DNA of 64,000 bases from Candidatus Vogelbacteria bacterium (GCA_021414225.1 JAIOOX010000002.1:236597-300596), one strand, 5' to 3'; shown: positions 10,297-21,029, counted from the stretch's first letter. The notes: a model not told the origin generated them from the letters alone. Program-made: numbers and translations.

Positions 10297-10909
10297 AGAA
10301 ATTACTAACGAATCAATAGAACAACATTATGATACTGAAGCGCCTATTTACGATTCTCTCGTTTCTTTTCTGGAAGTTTGGTTTTTAACTCCTTTGCGGA
10401 AAAAATTAATCAGCCAAGCCCAAGGCAAAACTCTGGAAGTAGCGGTTGGGACTGGTATAAATTTTAGCCACTATTCTAGTGGTGTTAATTTAGTTGGGAT
10501 TGATTTAAGTCAGAATATGTTGAAATTGTCTTACAATCGATCCAAAAAACTAGGCTTGGATATTGATTTACAAAAAATGAATAGTGAGAAGTTACTGTTC
10601 GCTGACCACACTTTTGATACAGTGGTATCCACCCTGGCTATGTGCACTTTCGCTGACCCGATTAAAGCTTTGACGGAAATGGCTCGGGTTTTAAAGCCAG
10701 CTGGTCACATCTTACTATTAGAGCATGGTTTAAGTAATTTGAAACCAATAGCTTGGTTTCAAAGACTACGAGCCCCCAAACATCTCCAAAAATACCAATG
10801 CCATCTCAATAGGGACCACCTAGCCACTATTAAACAAGCCGGTTTCACAAATTTTAAATCAACCAAATACTTTTTCGGGATTATTTACTTGATAGATATC
10901 ACCCCATAA
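10280..10909 (+). CDS. class I SAM-dependent methyltransferase
   Basis: Motif I-like LEVAVGTGINF and a Methyltransf_11-like fold. It overlaps the gltX end. Confidence 0.6.
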   Translation: MPTNNKEITNESIEQHYDTEAPIYDSLVSFLEVWFLTPLRKKLISQAQGKTLEVAVGTGINFSHYSSGVNLVGIDLSQNMLKLSYNRSKKLGLDIDLQKMNSEKLLFADHTFDTVVSTLAMCTFADPIKALTEMARVLKPAGHILLLEHGLSNLKPIAWFQRLRAPKHLQKYQCHLNRDHLATIKQAGFTNFKSTKYFFGIIYLIDITP

Positions 10910-10947
10910 ACAGACAAAATAAGTCTTCCAGTGTACAATAAGACTAA

Positions 10948-12240
10948 ATGTTTAATTATCGGCGTTCATTTTGGTCTACCATTGTAACCATTTTAACTTT
11001 GGTTATTTTTTTGAACCCCCATCTGGCCGAAGCCGATCGGGTATCAGACCTGCAAAACCAGATTTCTAATCAGACTAGTGAAATTCAAAAACTTGAGGCG
11101 GAGATAATGAAATATCAAGCCCAGGTTATTTCAACCAACAAGCAAGCCACCACTCTTCAGGGAACCGTCAAACAACTAGAAGCCACCACTAAAAAACTAG
11201 ACGCCGATAGCGCCCTAACGACAAAAAAAATCTCCTCCACTGAGTTACAAATAGAAAAATTAGAACTGGAAATCCAAGCCAGCGCCAAGGGAATTGGTAG
11301 TAATAGGGAAGTCATTGCCGAAACTCTTCGTCGCTTAAAACAAGAAGAAGGGGATACAACACCGCTGACTGCCCTACTACAATGGAAGACAACTGGGGAT
11401 TTTTGGAATAGTCTAGCGTCACTCTCCTCTCTATCCACCAAACTTAAAGATAAGGTTGAGGACCTACGGGATATAAAAACTGAACAGGAAGAAAGAAAAA
11501 AACAAGCCGAAAAAGCGAAAGCGGATTTAATTATTTTAAAAAGTAAATTGGTTGATCAAAAAAAGATTGCTGATGCTAACCGTAAGAGTACAGCGAGTCT
11601 CCTAGCCGAAACCAAAAACCAAGAGGCTAACTACCGCGCTTTGGTTGCCCAAAAACTACAACGAAAACAACAAGTTGAAGCTGAGATTCGTCAGGCCGAG
11701 GAAGCTATCAAGATAACCATCAACCCAAGCAGTGTCCCCAAAACCGGCTCAGGCATCTTACGTTGGCCATTTGATAAGGTGGTAATTACTCAATACTTTG
11801 GCAACACTCCCTTTGCCACAGCCAATGCTCAGGTCTATAAAGGCAATGGCCATAACGCGATAGACTTAGGTGCCCCAGTCGGCACACCTATCAAAGCCCC
11901 ATTGTCTGGTGTCGTAACCGGTGCGGGTGATACCGACCTAGTCTGTAAAGGTGCTTCCTATGGTCGTTGGATCATGATCAAGCACAACAACGGCCTAGCT
12001 ACTATTTACGCCCACCTATCACTAATAAAAGTAGTCGAAGGCCAATCCGTTAATACCGGAGATATTATTGGCTATAGTGGAGCGACTGGTTATGTCACCG
12101 GTCCTCATCTTCATTTTTCTGTCTTAGCTTCAGCTGGAGTTAGTGTTGGCTTTGTGAAGAGTAAAGTCCCGGGTTGTGGTACTTATCGTATCCCTTTATC
12201 ACCACCAAGTGCTTATCTTAATCCACTATCTTATCTTTAA
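10948..12240 (+). CDS. M23 family metallopeptidase with N-terminal signal/TM and long coiled-coil (EnvC-like murein hydrolase activator/peptidase)
   Basis: A coiled-coil of about 250 aa rich in Q/E/K is followed by an M23 domain (HNAIDLGAPVGTPIKAP, GYSGATGYVTGPHLHF). Confidence 0.8.
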   Translation: MFNYRRSFWSTIVTILTLVIFLNPHLAEADRVSDLQNQISNQTSEIQKLEAEIMKYQAQVISTNKQATTLQGTVKQLEATTKKLDADSALTTKKISSTELQIEKLELEIQASAKGIGSNREVIAETLRRLKQEEGDTTPLTALLQWKTTGDFWNSLASLSSLSTKLKDKVEDLRDIKTEQEERKKQAEKAKADLIILKSKLVDQKKIADANRKSTASLLAETKNQEANYRALVAQKLQRKQQVEAEIRQAEEAIKITINPSSVPKTGSGILRWPFDKVVITQYFGNTPFATANAQVYKGNGHNAIDLGAPVGTPIKAPLSGVVTGAGDTDLVCKGASYGRWIMIKHNNGLATIYAHLSLIKVVEGQSVNTGDIIGYSGATGYVTGPHLHFSVLASAGVSVGFVKSKVPGCGTYRIPLSPPSAYLNPLSYL

Positions 12241-12271
12241 AAAACCAGCCTAAGTAAGTTATAATTAAGTC

Positions 12272-12550
12272 ATGTCCACCCAAAAAAACTCTCCAGAACA
12301 AGGCCCTAACGACGGTTTTATTAAGATTATTTTAGCGGTAGTCGTTCTGGTAGTTATTTTGAGTCTATTAAAGATAGATATCCGGTCTTTACTTGAATCT
12401 GAAGCCTTTAAAACTAACTTTGCTTATGTAGGGGATTTAGCCAAGCAAGGCTGGGACTGGTTTTTAGGCTTCTGGAATGACCACCTAAAAGAACCAGCTA
12501 TCTATCTTTGGGACCTAATTCTAACTAATGCTAAAACCACACCACAATAG
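12272..12550 (+). CDS. small hypothetical membrane protein
   Basis: A 92-aa ORF with one TM helix (IKIILAVVVLVVILSLL). There is no recognisable domain. Confidence 0.3.
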   Translation: MSTQKNSPEQGPNDGFIKIILAVVVLVVILSLLKIDIRSLLESEAFKTNFAYVGDLAKQGWDWFLGFWNDHLKEPAIYLWDLILTNAKTTPQ

Positions 12551-12833
12551 TCAACAAAAAGTCCAGTCTGAAATAACCCTTATAATATATAGCTTTTAAA
12601 CCTCTGACCTTGACATTACAATTAGATATATTGCATAGTCATTGACTTTTGATGACAAAACTGCTACTATAAAAAAATTGCAGGGCAAAACGGTGTTATG
12701 GTCAGCCTGCATATTAAGATAACTATTATCAAAAAGATCATTAGCTTGCTGATGATTTTTTTGGTTAAAGCGTATTTTTAAAACTCTACAAATAGGTCTA
12801 GTTGGCCTCATAGCGTTAGGAAATTCATCTCCG

Positions 12834-13241
12834 GTGACTGTTCCTGATTTATCAAACCAAGCTGTAGAAACACCATCAGCTAAAGTGATAGAGCAGGTCA
12901 TCCCAGAACTGATTACTGAACGCGCTGGTACATTTGGAGTTTCTAAAGATCTAGCCTTAGCAATTGCATTCTGTGAGAGTACCAATCGGCAATATGATTC
13001 TACAAAAAAGGCCGAAGATGGTACTCCTGTAGTGCTCCGTGGAGTGCACAATCCTGCCGACGTTGGCGTTTTTCAAATTAATGAAAAATACCACTTAGAG
13101 AAGAGTAAAGAGTTGGGATATGATATTTACACCTCAGAAGGTAATATCGATTACGGCTTATGGCTTCTTAAAAACGAAGGTAGTAAGCACTGGAACTGGA
13201 GCAAACCTTGCTGGAGCCCTAGACTCGATAAAAACGCCTAA
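12834..13241 (+). CDS. lysozyme-like / lytic transglycosylase (GH23-like) small protein
   Basis: An E-S catalytic-type motif (AFCESTNRQYD), a GLMQ-like GVFQINEKYH, and a YD...GNIDYGLWLL block. A hairpin terminator follows at ~13274-13308. Confidence 0.5.
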   Translation: MTVPDLSNQAVETPSAKVIEQVIPELITERAGTFGVSKDLALAIAFCESTNRQYDSTKKAEDGTPVVLRGVHNPADVGVFQINEKYHLEKSKELGYDIYTSEGNIDYGLWLLKNEGSKHWNWSKPCWSPRLDKNA

Positions 13242-13657
13242 GCTCAGATAATGAGAGAGATAGGTACTACGTGAAAAAGCTGACTGGAGTAATCCGTCAG
13301 CTTTTTCCTTTGTTTAATTAAATAGAGAGGAGAATAGAGTTTAGCCAGATTGTTTATAGATATTTAACCTAGGCTTTATTTATAGATCAACGTCGCAAAA
13401 TCTATGTTGTGCGACGTTCTATTGTTCTTACAGCTGGTACTACCCCGGCCTTTAATATCTAAAAAATAGTCTAAACAAAATTGTCCCTGAATTAATTATT
13501 TGTACTCACCTCTACCAAACTCTCAACCTCTCACCCTCTTTAACTCTAATGTGAAACTAATCGATAATTATAAAAAATGACATCAAGCCCTTAACCCCTT
13601 TTTCTCTCCCCCGTTAGGGGAGACTCCCATTTTAAATTTTAGAAAAAATAAAAAAAA

Positions 13658-14137
13658 TTATAACCCAGGGCAGTTAGCGGCGGCGGTGTAGCCAGCCTTC
13701 TGAGCCTCAGCGATAGAATTAAACCAAACTTTGTTTTCCTCTTTAATTCTTTTAGCCCCCGAACACTCTGGTAAATGATACTTGGTGCCATTTTTAGAAA
13801 CTACCACCTTACCAGTATTAGCCAGGGAATTCACGGGTTGTGCCTCCCCTGTTAAATTACCCACCGAGGCAGTCAAATTAACCTTCGGCACCTGATCACT
13901 CACCACCCCCGATCTTTCAGTGGTGACTACCATAGTGGTTTTATCTAAATCCACCTGCTCGATTCGGACCGGTTCTTGAGTGTTAGTTGTGGCCGACAGA
14001 CGTCCCAAACCAAAAGCCCCAACAGCCACCACAATCACCGTCAGGGTCAAAAAGAGGTCTTTTTCGTGTTCTACTAGCTTATTCCAACCCAAAGCCAGAT
14101 AACCCTTGATTTTTTGGCTTAATTCTTTTATACTCAT
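13658..14137 (-). CDS. hypothetical membrane-anchored protein with C-terminal Cys-containing (Ada-like Zn?) motif
   Basis: An N-terminal TM helix (LTLTVIVVAVGAFGLG) is followed by a C-terminal KYHLPECSGAKRIKEENKVWFNSIAEAQKAGYTAAANCP motif. Confidence 0.4.
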   Translation of the reverse strand: MSIKELSQKIKGYLALGWNKLVEHEKDLFLTLTVIVVAVGAFGLGRLSATTNTQEPVRIEQVDLDKTTMVVTTERSGVVSDQVPKVNLTASVGNLTGEAQPVNSLANTGKVVVSKNGTKYHLPECSGAKRIKEENKVWFNSIAEAQKAGYTAAANCPGL

Positions 14138-14177
14138 ACGGTAAATTCAATACGTTAAATTTTAACACTTATAAGCC

Positions 14178-14459
14178 ATGGCAACAAAAAAATCTGGCGG
14201 TACCGCCAAAAACCTACGCGATTCTAACCCTAAGTACCTTGGTACCAAGCTTTATGCTGGCCAGGACGCTAATGCTGGTTCTATTATTGTTCGTCAACGA
14301 GGCACTAAAATCGCTGCTGGTAAAAATGTGAGAGTTGGAAAGGACCACACCCTATACTCAGCTACCGAAGGTCAAGTAAAATTCTCCACTAAACGCAAAA
14401 TGAGTTTTACTGGTAAAGTAAAACGAATCACTGTCGCAAACGTTATTCCAAAGGTTTAA
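14178..14459 (+). CDS. rpmA: 50S ribosomal protein L27
   Basis: [51 protein letters not shown] is a canonical L27 sequence. Confidence 0.9.
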   Translation: MATKKSGGTAKNLRDSNPKYLGTKLYAGQDANAGSIIVRQRGTKIAAGKNVRVGKDHTLYSATEGQVKFSTKRKMSFTGKVKRITVANVIPKV

Positions 14460-14904
14460 TCGAGATATTCAAAGAAGCTTCCAAATGGCGAGTCCCTGAC
14501 TCGCCATTTGTTATTTTAACAGTCACCTCCCCTACTGTTTTTAGTGGTTTGTCTAAAATAATAAACTTGGGATCAATTTTAATACCAGTTTGTTTAGCTA
14601 AGTGTTCAGCTACATCTTTACTGTGTAGACCAGCAAACAAGTGACCTTCTTTACCCACCTTTGCTTCTATAATTAGAACCACCTGTTTAAGACTCTCGGT
14701 TAATTCTTTAAAAACTCTAATATTATGCATATCTGAAGCTTCTTTTTCTTTCTGTAAAGCCTCCACCTTTTTAAGAGCTTCTGGGCTAGCGATCACTGCT
14801 TTATTTTGTTTTAGTAAAACATTACGCGCAAAGCCATCGGCCACCTCTTTCACTTCATATTTTTTACCAACTTTTGGCACATCTTGGAGTAAAACTATTT
14901 TCAT
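14443..14904 (-). CDS. rplI: 50S ribosomal protein L9
   Basis: The N-terminus [31 protein letters not shown] is canonical L9. The size is 153 aa. Confidence 0.85.
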   Translation of the reverse strand: MKIVLLQDVPKVGKKYEVKEVADGFARNVLLKQNKAVIASPEALKKVEALQKEKEASDMHNIRVFKELTESLKQVVLIIEAKVGKEGHLFAGLHSKDVAEHLAKQTGIKIDPKFIILDKPLKTVGEVTVKITNGESGTRHLEASLNISIKPLE

Positions 14905-14917
14905 ATTTTTATTATAT

Positions 14918-15586
14918 TTATTCGGTCAATTTCTCAATTGCCTCTACTATATCAGCTACCTCATCAAAGGCAATATCACCCCTTCTGCCATATTTATTGA
15001 TTCGTAGATATTCTCCCCAAACGCGCGAAATAGCAACTTCATTTTTAAACCAAGAATCTTCAGTAATAGTAATCCCGTCTTTATATACACCAGGAAATGT
15101 CACTTGTAATAACTCAGTTTTGGGTAATAATTTCTTAAGGGTTAGATAACCTCTTCTGGAATCATGTTTTTTAAAAAGAAATATTATTTTTTTATAGCTA
15201 CTAAAATCTAAAACTTTTAATGCTTCGGTAACATTAGCTAGGGTGTTATCTGAAACAGATTCTATAAAAAACTCTACATCGGGAAACAAGTTAGGGTTAA
15301 TAGAATCCAAAACCAATTGTGATTCTGGCTTAGGGACTATAACACTGTCCTCAAACTTGGGAGTTCCCCCTGTTAGCACCACTTTGGAAACTAATTTCCT
15401 GTTTAAAACTATTTTAGTTAACTCTGCCATTCTCTCAGTCTGACTATTTCCAAACACAAACAACAACTCCGCTGGGGTTAATATATCATCCGGCCTAAAA
15501 CACAACTTCGTAAGTAAGCCTACTACCTCCTTTGTTAATATTGGTGTTTTTGATTGTCTAGAAATTTCCCTCTTTTCTAAAGACAT
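14918..15586 (-). CDS. DUF218 (YdcF/ElyC/SanA-like) family protein
   Basis: ELLFVFGNSQ...VVLTGGT blocks resemble the YdcF Rossmann-like fold. This is a weak call. Confidence 0.4.
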   Translation of the reverse strand: MSLEKREISRQSKTPILTKEVVGLLTKLCFRPDDILTPAELLFVFGNSQTERMAELTKIVLNRKLVSKVVLTGGTPKFEDSVIVPKPESQLVLDSINPNLFPDVEFFIESVSDNTLANVTEALKVLDFSSYKKIIFLFKKHDSRRGYLTLKKLLPKTELLQVTFPGVYKDGITITEDSWFKNEVAISRVWGEYLRINKYGRRGDIAFDEVADIVEAIEKLTE

Positions 15587-15591
15587 AAGAA

Positions 15592-16866
15592 TTATTTAAT
15601 TTTCGGAATACTACTAGTCGCTAACACCTTACCGGTCAATATTTCAATTGCTTTAGCCATTTGGACATCCCGATTAGCTTCTAAATCTTCTTTTGTCATA
15701 GACACTTTGTAATCTGGGTCTAGACCATTACTAGACAAGGAGTGACCACTTGGAGTCAACCAGCGAGCAATAGTCACCTTCAAAGAGGCGTCACCGCCTA
15801 CTGGAATAAGCTCTTGAACCGATCCTTTACCAAAAGACTTCTCACCCACCAAGATAGCTTTGCCCTGCTCTTTCAAGGCGCCCGCTAAAATCTCTGCCGC
15901 TGAAGCACTTCCCTGATCAATTAAAACGACCATCTTTAATCTGTCAGTAAAAATATTGTAACCATGACTACGGTAGGTTTTTTCTGCATCTGTTTTACGA
16001 GTCTCTCTCACAATCACCTTATCAGCCGGTAAAAACCAAGAGGCCATATCGATCGCCGCTTCCATGTAACCGCCAGGATTGCCACGCAAGTCAATAATTA
16101 ACTTGTCACTTTTTGATTCCACAAATTCCCGTAGAGAATTTCTAAATAGATTAGGAGATTGAGCTGAAAAGTTATACAAACTAATCACAAAAACACCATC
16201 TGGTAATTTCTTAGTCGCAATAGTTGGTATCTGGATAATATCTCGAATCAGTGTAAAGTCTTTTAATTCCTTTTCACCTGCTCGGGAAATAGTTAACTTA
16301 ACCACTGTTCCCTCTTTGCCACGAATCTTACTAATCACCTCATCAATAGCTAAACCTGAAATATCTTTATCATCGACTTTAACCACCTTGTCACCAGATT
16401 TTATACCAGCCTTTTTGGCTGGACTATTTGGTAAAGGAGCCACCACGGTAATCTTACCCTCTTTCATTCCCAGTTCCATTCCCACCCCGCCAAAATTACC
16501 AGCAATCTCCTCTTCAAATTTTTTCTTTTCCACTGGAGGCATAAAAACTGTATAAGGGTCCCCCACACTGGCGACCATACCAGAAATAGCTCCCCATACT
16601 CGGTCTTGATCAGTAGCAATTTTGGTTGTTGTCCCATTAGCCCCACCGACAAATTTCTGATCTAATTCTGTCCACACTTCCCAGAAAGGAGAGAAGTCAA
16701 CCTGATCACTAACCGTGTTTTCTTTATTGGTTACCGCCTTCACTTCCTTAATAGCTGATCCGTGATCATAACCATATTGGGCGCCGGCCACAAAACCGAC
16801 ACCAAGAGCTCCAACAATAAGCAAAGCTCCCAAACTACGAGAAAAATTGATGTTCATATGTAACAC
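15592..16866 (-). CDS. ctpA: C-terminal processing peptidase, S41 family (CtpA/Prc-like)
   Basis: An N-terminal TM, a PDZ domain, the catalytic region GNPGGYMEAAIDMASWFL and DQGSASAAEILAGAL (Ser/Lys dyad context). Confidence 0.85.
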   Translation of the reverse strand: MLHMNINFSRSLGALLIVGALGVGFVAGAQYGYDHGSAIKEVKAVTNKENTVSDQVDFSPFWEVWTELDQKFVGGANGTTTKIATDQDRVWGAISGMVASVGDPYTVFMPPVEKKKFEEEIAGNFGGVGMELGMKEGKITVVAPLPNSPAKKAGIKSGDKVVKVDDKDISGLAIDEVISKIRGKEGTVVKLTISRAGEKELKDFTLIRDIIQIPTIATKKLPDGVFVISLYNFSAQSPNLFRNSLREFVESKSDKLIIDLRGNPGGYMEAAIDMASWFLPADKVIVRETRKTDAEKTYRSHGYNIFTDRLKMVVLIDQGSASAAEILAGALKEQGKAILVGEKSFGKGSVQELIPVGGDASLKVTIARWLTPSGHSLSSNGLDPDYKVSMTKEDLEANRDVQMAKAIEILTGKVLATSSIPKIK

Positions 16867-16921
16867 AATTATCGCAAACTATCCACTTGTGGTCAAATAT
16901 TGGCTTAGTATAATAGTCTTA

Positions 16922-17851
16922 ATGATTAAACAACTAAAATACAAAAATATTACTTGGATCGATCTAGAGTCACCAACCAAAGAAGATATTGCTAGTTTAA
17001 CCGACAAATATAAACTTCATTCCTTAGTCGCCGAAGAATTAGTCACTCCTAGTGCTCGTTCTCGGGTCGACTCCTACGAAGACTATATTTATTTAATTCT
17101 CCATTTTCCACCTTGTGCTGTCTGTTATGGACCAAACGAGAAACACACTCTTGATGTAGAAGAAATAGATTTTGTTCTTGGTAAGGATTTTTTAATTACT
17201 ACCCACTACAAGGAAATCCCTCAACTAGAAGAGTTATCCAAGATTTTAGAGGCTCACTTCGGTCCAGAAAAAAATAAAAAAGATATTCACGCTGGTTATT
17301 TGTTTTTCCATATCATGCGGACTATGTACCAACACCTAGAAGAAGGGTTGGAATACATCAATCGCCAACTCCTAGATGTTGAAGGTCATGTTTTTGCTGG
17401 TCGCGAACGAGAAATGGTGTCTCGTTTATCAGACATCAACCGCAGTTTAATCGACTTCCGCTGGTCTCTCAAATCTCACCGCGAAATTCTCGCCTCTCTA
17501 GAGTTGGTAGCTAAAGAGTTTTTTGGCCAAAATTTCAGTTTTCAACTTAGAGTTATCAGTGGTGAATACGAACGTATCTGGAATATGCTCGAAAGCAACC
17601 GAGACACCTTCTACGATATTCGCCAAACCAACGAATCCCTCCTTTCCATTAAAACCAACGAAACTATGCGTGTCTTAACCGCCACCGCTTTTATCTTTTT
17701 CCCTCTAACTTTAATTTCTGGTGTTTTCGGTATGAGTACCACCTTTGTTCCTCTGATGAGTGAGCCTTCTGGCTTCTTTATTGTCTTGGTCTTTATGGCT
17801 GTGGTAGTCTTGGGTATGTACGCCCTAGCCAAGAGAAACCGATGGCTCTAA
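16922..17851 (+). CDS. corA: CorA-like Mg2+/Co2+ transporter
   Basis: A cytoplasmic domain plus two C-terminal TM helices with the GMN-variant loop FGMSTTFVP. The start was moved to the internal ATG at 16922 (MIKQLKYKNITW) to avoid overlapping ctpA on the opposite strand. Confidence 0.7.
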   Translation: MIKQLKYKNITWIDLESPTKEDIASLTDKYKLHSLVAEELVTPSARSRVDSYEDYIYLILHFPPCAVCYGPNEKHTLDVEEIDFVLGKDFLITTHYKEIPQLEELSKILEAHFGPEKNKKDIHAGYLFFHIMRTMYQHLEEGLEYINRQLLDVEGHVFAGREREMVSRLSDINRSLIDFRWSLKSHREILASLELVAKEFFGQNFSFQLRVISGEYERIWNMLESNRDTFYDIRQTNESLLSIKTNETMRVLTATAFIFFPLTLISGVFGMSTTFVPLMSEPSGFFIVLVFMAVVVLGMYALAKRNRWL

Positions 17852-19188
17852 AACTTTACAACACCCTTACTAAAACCAAAACAGACTTTACTCCTCTTCA
17901 AGCTGGAGAAGTGAGGCTATATTCTTGTGGACCAACAGTTTACAACTACGCCCACATTGGCAATTTCCGGGCTTTTATCTTCTCTGATACAGTCCGTCGC
18001 ACTTTTGAGTATTTGGGTTACAAGGTGGACCAAGTCATGAATATTACCGACGTGGATGATAAAACTATTCGCGGTGCTCAAGCGGAAAATTCTTCACTAT
18101 CTGACTTCACTAAAAAATACGAAGCTATTTGGCGGGAAGATCTAAAAAAATTAAACATTCTTGAGCCAACCCACACTCCTCACGCTACTGACTATATTGA
18201 ACAAATGATTACCATGATTGGTAATTTACTAGCCAAAGAGATAGCTTACCAAACCGAAGATGGAATTTATTTCAATATCACTAAGGCTAAAAACTATGGA
18301 CAACTGGTTGATCTAAAACTAGACGCCCACACTCAATCGCGAATTCAAAATGATGAGTATGACAAAACTAATCCTCAAGATTTTGCGTTATGGAAATTTT
18401 ATAAACCTGAAGATGGTGAGGTAGTTTGGGATGCGCCGTTTGGTAAAGGCCGACCAGGTTGGCACATCGAGTGTTCGGCTATGTCCACTTCACTACTAGG
18501 TAATACTATCGATATTCACACCGGAGGTATCGATTTAATGTTTCCCCACCACACTAACGAGATCGCTCAATCCGAAGGGGCGACTGGTGAACACTTTGTG
18601 AATTATTGGTTGCACTCTGGGCATATCAATATCGCCGATGAAAAGATGTCTAAATCCCTCGGTAATATCGTAAATTTGAAAACTCTGGAAGAAGAAAATA
18701 TTTCCCCACTCGCCTTCCGTTATTGGGTCTTAACTTCTCACTATCGCACGACTACTAATTTTACCTTTGAAGCGGTAAACGGGGCTCAAGAAGCTTACAA
18801 AAAATTAGTACGAGTTATGGAAGAATTATCCAATGAACCAACTGGAGAAATAATAGCAACCTATCATGATAAATTTACCCAAAGTTTGGAGGATGATTTA
18901 AATACCGCTCAAACTATCGCTCTCATTTGGGAATTACTATCAGATAGCACTATTTCTAATGCGGATAAAAAAGCGACCTTGCTCGACTTCGACCAAGTCC
19001 TAGGTTTAGGTTTAGTCGACATTAAATCAGAACGAATCCCCGAAAATATCCTAAACCTCATCAACGACCGTGAAGTCGCCCGCCAAGCCCAAAACTGGGC
19101 CGAATCCGACCGCCTCCGGGATGAAATAAGCTCTCTCGGTTTTGAATTAAAAGACACCCCAAATGGGCAGAAAGTTTTCCGCAAATAA
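17842..19188 (+). CDS. cysS: cysteinyl-tRNA synthetase
   Basis: HIGH motif (CGPTVYNYAHIGNFR), a Zn-binding Cys/His set and KMSKS (KMSKSLGN). Confidence 0.9.
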   Translation: MALKLYNTLTKTKTDFTPLQAGEVRLYSCGPTVYNYAHIGNFRAFIFSDTVRRTFEYLGYKVDQVMNITDVDDKTIRGAQAENSSLSDFTKKYEAIWREDLKKLNILEPTHTPHATDYIEQMITMIGNLLAKEIAYQTEDGIYFNITKAKNYGQLVDLKLDAHTQSRIQNDEYDKTNPQDFALWKFYKPEDGEVVWDAPFGKGRPGWHIECSAMSTSLLGNTIDIHTGGIDLMFPHHTNEIAQSEGATGEHFVNYWLHSGHINIADEKMSKSLGNIVNLKTLEEENISPLAFRYWVLTSHYRTTTNFTFEAVNGAQEAYKKLVRVMEELSNEPTGEIIATYHDKFTQSLEDDLNTAQTIALIWELLSDSTISNADKKATLLDFDQVLGLGLVDIKSERIPENILNLINDREVARQAQNWAESDRLRDEISSLGFELKDTPNGQKVFRK

Positions 19189-19217
19189 AAATTCTCCACC
19201 TAGCCACAACACAAAGC

Positions 19218-19469
19218 TTGTTGACTTTTCAATCAAATTATGTTAATATTATAGTTATATACAACCCAGCTGAGAAGCTGACTAATTGGGGAGATCACGA
19301 CATGATTGCCTTACTGTTTTTTATTATTACCAGTTTGTTTATGTATGTCGTCACCGGCAACGAGAGGACCACCTTGGTGGGAATGGTCATGCTTTGGGCT
19401 GGAATGGCATTCATCGAAGAACGGGTAGACCGCATCCTGAAGAAAATCGAAAGTCTTGAGCAGAAGTAA
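19218..19469 (+). CDS. small hypothetical membrane protein
   Basis: An 83-aa ORF with two predicted TM helices. A strong intrinsic terminator follows. Confidence 0.3.
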   Translation: MLTFQSNYVNIIVIYNPAEKLTNWGDHDMIALLFFIITSLFMYVVTGNERTTLVGMVMLWAGMAFIEERVDRILKKIESLEQK

Positions 19470-19484
19470 CCCGCCCACAGCACA

Positions 19485-19521
19485 GCAAACCCGCTGTCAG
19501 TTGTGAGGCGGGTTTGTTGTT
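19485..19521 (+). terminator. rho-independent terminator
   Basis: The stem CAAACCCGC has a 13-nt loop, pairs with GCGGGTTTG, and is followed by TTGTTT. Confidence 0.6.
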
Positions 19522-19604
19522 TATGAAAGTTCTCCACTCCCTATCCCCCTTTCTGTCTCTTTTTCCTAATTCTCCCCCTATATCTAATGTGCTAAAATTG
19601 CTCC

Positions 19605-21026
19605 ATGAGTGACAACAACGACAAACCTTTTGCCTCACCGGGACTAAAGGTACCACCACACGACCTGACTGCTGAACAGGCCTTTTTAGGTTCTGTTATG
19701 CTTCGCCCAGAAGTGATGCACGAGGTGGTCGACGTGGTTTACCCAGACGATATGTATTCCGGTAAACACCGGATTATTTTCAAAACTATTCGCGCTCTTT
19801 ATGACGACCACGATCCGATCGACGCTGTCTCAGTTGGCAACAAGCTAAAAGATAATAAACAACTAGACCAAGCCGGTGGCGCTAGTTATTTGGCGGAATT
19901 AATGAACTCCGTCCCCTCTGCTTCTAACGCCGAGTACTATGGTGAAATTGTCGCCAAGAAATCTGCTCTCCGTCGCCTCATCGCTTCGGCTGATAAAATA
20001 CTGGAACTCGGTTACAACGAACGCGATCACGTTGATAGTATTTTCGACAAAGCCGAACATTTGATTTTCAACCTTGCTAGTTTTACCAAAAAAACTTTTG
20101 CCCCGATTCGCGAAACCTTATCAGAAGTTTGGGAACGATTCGACAAACTCAACGGGACCGATGTCGGTATGCGCGGAGTGCCAACTGGTTACAAAGATAT
20201 CGATAACAAACTTTCTGGTCTCCAAAAATCAGACTTAGTGATTCTCGCCGCTCGACCATCGGTGGGTAAAACTTCTTTTGCTCTCGATATCGCTCGGAAT
20301 GTCTCTTGCCATCAAGGCAAGACAGTCGCTTTCTTCTCATTGGAAATGTCTAAAGATCAATTGGCGGAACGTATGCTCTCTGGTGAAAGTGGTATTGATT
20401 TGTGGCATTTGCGTAATGGCAAAGTTGGCAAAGAAGATGACCTGATTCGCCTGCGCGATGCTTTAGAAACTTTATCTAAAGCTCAACTAATCGTTGATGA
20501 CTCACCTAGTATTAATATTACTCAAATGAAAGCCTCGGCCCGACGTATTAAAGCTGAATTCGGTCTTGATTTAATCATTGTTGATTACTTACAACTAATG
20601 ATTCCAAAACGCGACACGGACTCGATGGTCCAACAGGTAACCGAAATCTCTCGCTCCCTTAAAGCCTTGGCTCGTGAATTAGAGGTCCCGGTTGTGGCTT
20701 TGTCACAACTCTCTCGAGATGTGGAAAAACGTGGCGGTAAGCCTCGTCTATCGGACTTGCGTGACTCTGGTTCGATCGAACAAGACGCCGACGTGGTCAT
20801 GTTTATTCACCGTGAAGACCGTCTCAACGAAGGTTCTGATCGGAAAAATATTGCCGAGATTATTATTGCCAAACACCGCAACGGACCAACTGGTGAAGTA
20901 GAACTCTTCTTCGACGCTGAACGCACTCGCTTCCTAAGTATTGAAAAAGGTGACTTCGGTGGCTTTGGTGGTCCACCAGCCCCAGCTTATACCAACAACA
21001 ACACCAACGGCTTTGGTGGTTTCTAA
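19605..21026 (+). CDS. dnaB: replicative DNA helicase DnaB
   Basis: A DnaB N-terminal domain precedes a RecA-like C-terminal domain with Walker A (ARPSVGKTSFAL) and Walker B (LIIVDYLQLM). There is an unusual Gly/Asn-rich C-terminal tail (GGFGGPPAPAYTNNNTNGFGGF). Confidence 0.9.
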   Translation: MSDNNDKPFASPGLKVPPHDLTAEQAFLGSVMLRPEVMHEVVDVVYPDDMYSGKHRIIFKTIRALYDDHDPIDAVSVGNKLKDNKQLDQAGGASYLAELMNSVPSASNAEYYGEIVAKKSALRRLIASADKILELGYNERDHVDSIFDKAEHLIFNLASFTKKTFAPIRETLSEVWERFDKLNGTDVGMRGVPTGYKDIDNKLSGLQKSDLVILAARPSVGKTSFALDIARNVSCHQGKTVAFFSLEMSKDQLAERMLSGESGIDLWHLRNGKVGKEDDLIRLRDALETLSKAQLIVDDSPSINITQMKASARRIKAEFGLDLIIVDYLQLMIPKRDTDSMVQQVTEISRSLKALARELEVPVVALSQLSRDVEKRGGKPRLSDLRDSGSIEQDADVVMFIHREDRLNEGSDRKNIAEIIIAKHRNGPTGEVELFFDAERTRFLSIEKGDFGGFGGPPAPAYTNNNTNGFGGF

Positions 21027-21029
21027 AAT

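Noticed and set aside
12596-13051. 151-aa minus-strand ORF overlapping the lysozyme-like gene
   Set aside because: The plus-strand ORF has recognisable GH23-like motifs. The minus ORF has no features and spans the promoter region.
16847-16921. N-terminal 25 codons of the CorA ORF-track call
   Set aside because: They would overlap ctpA on the opposite strand. The internal ATG at 16922 gives a normal CorA N-terminus.
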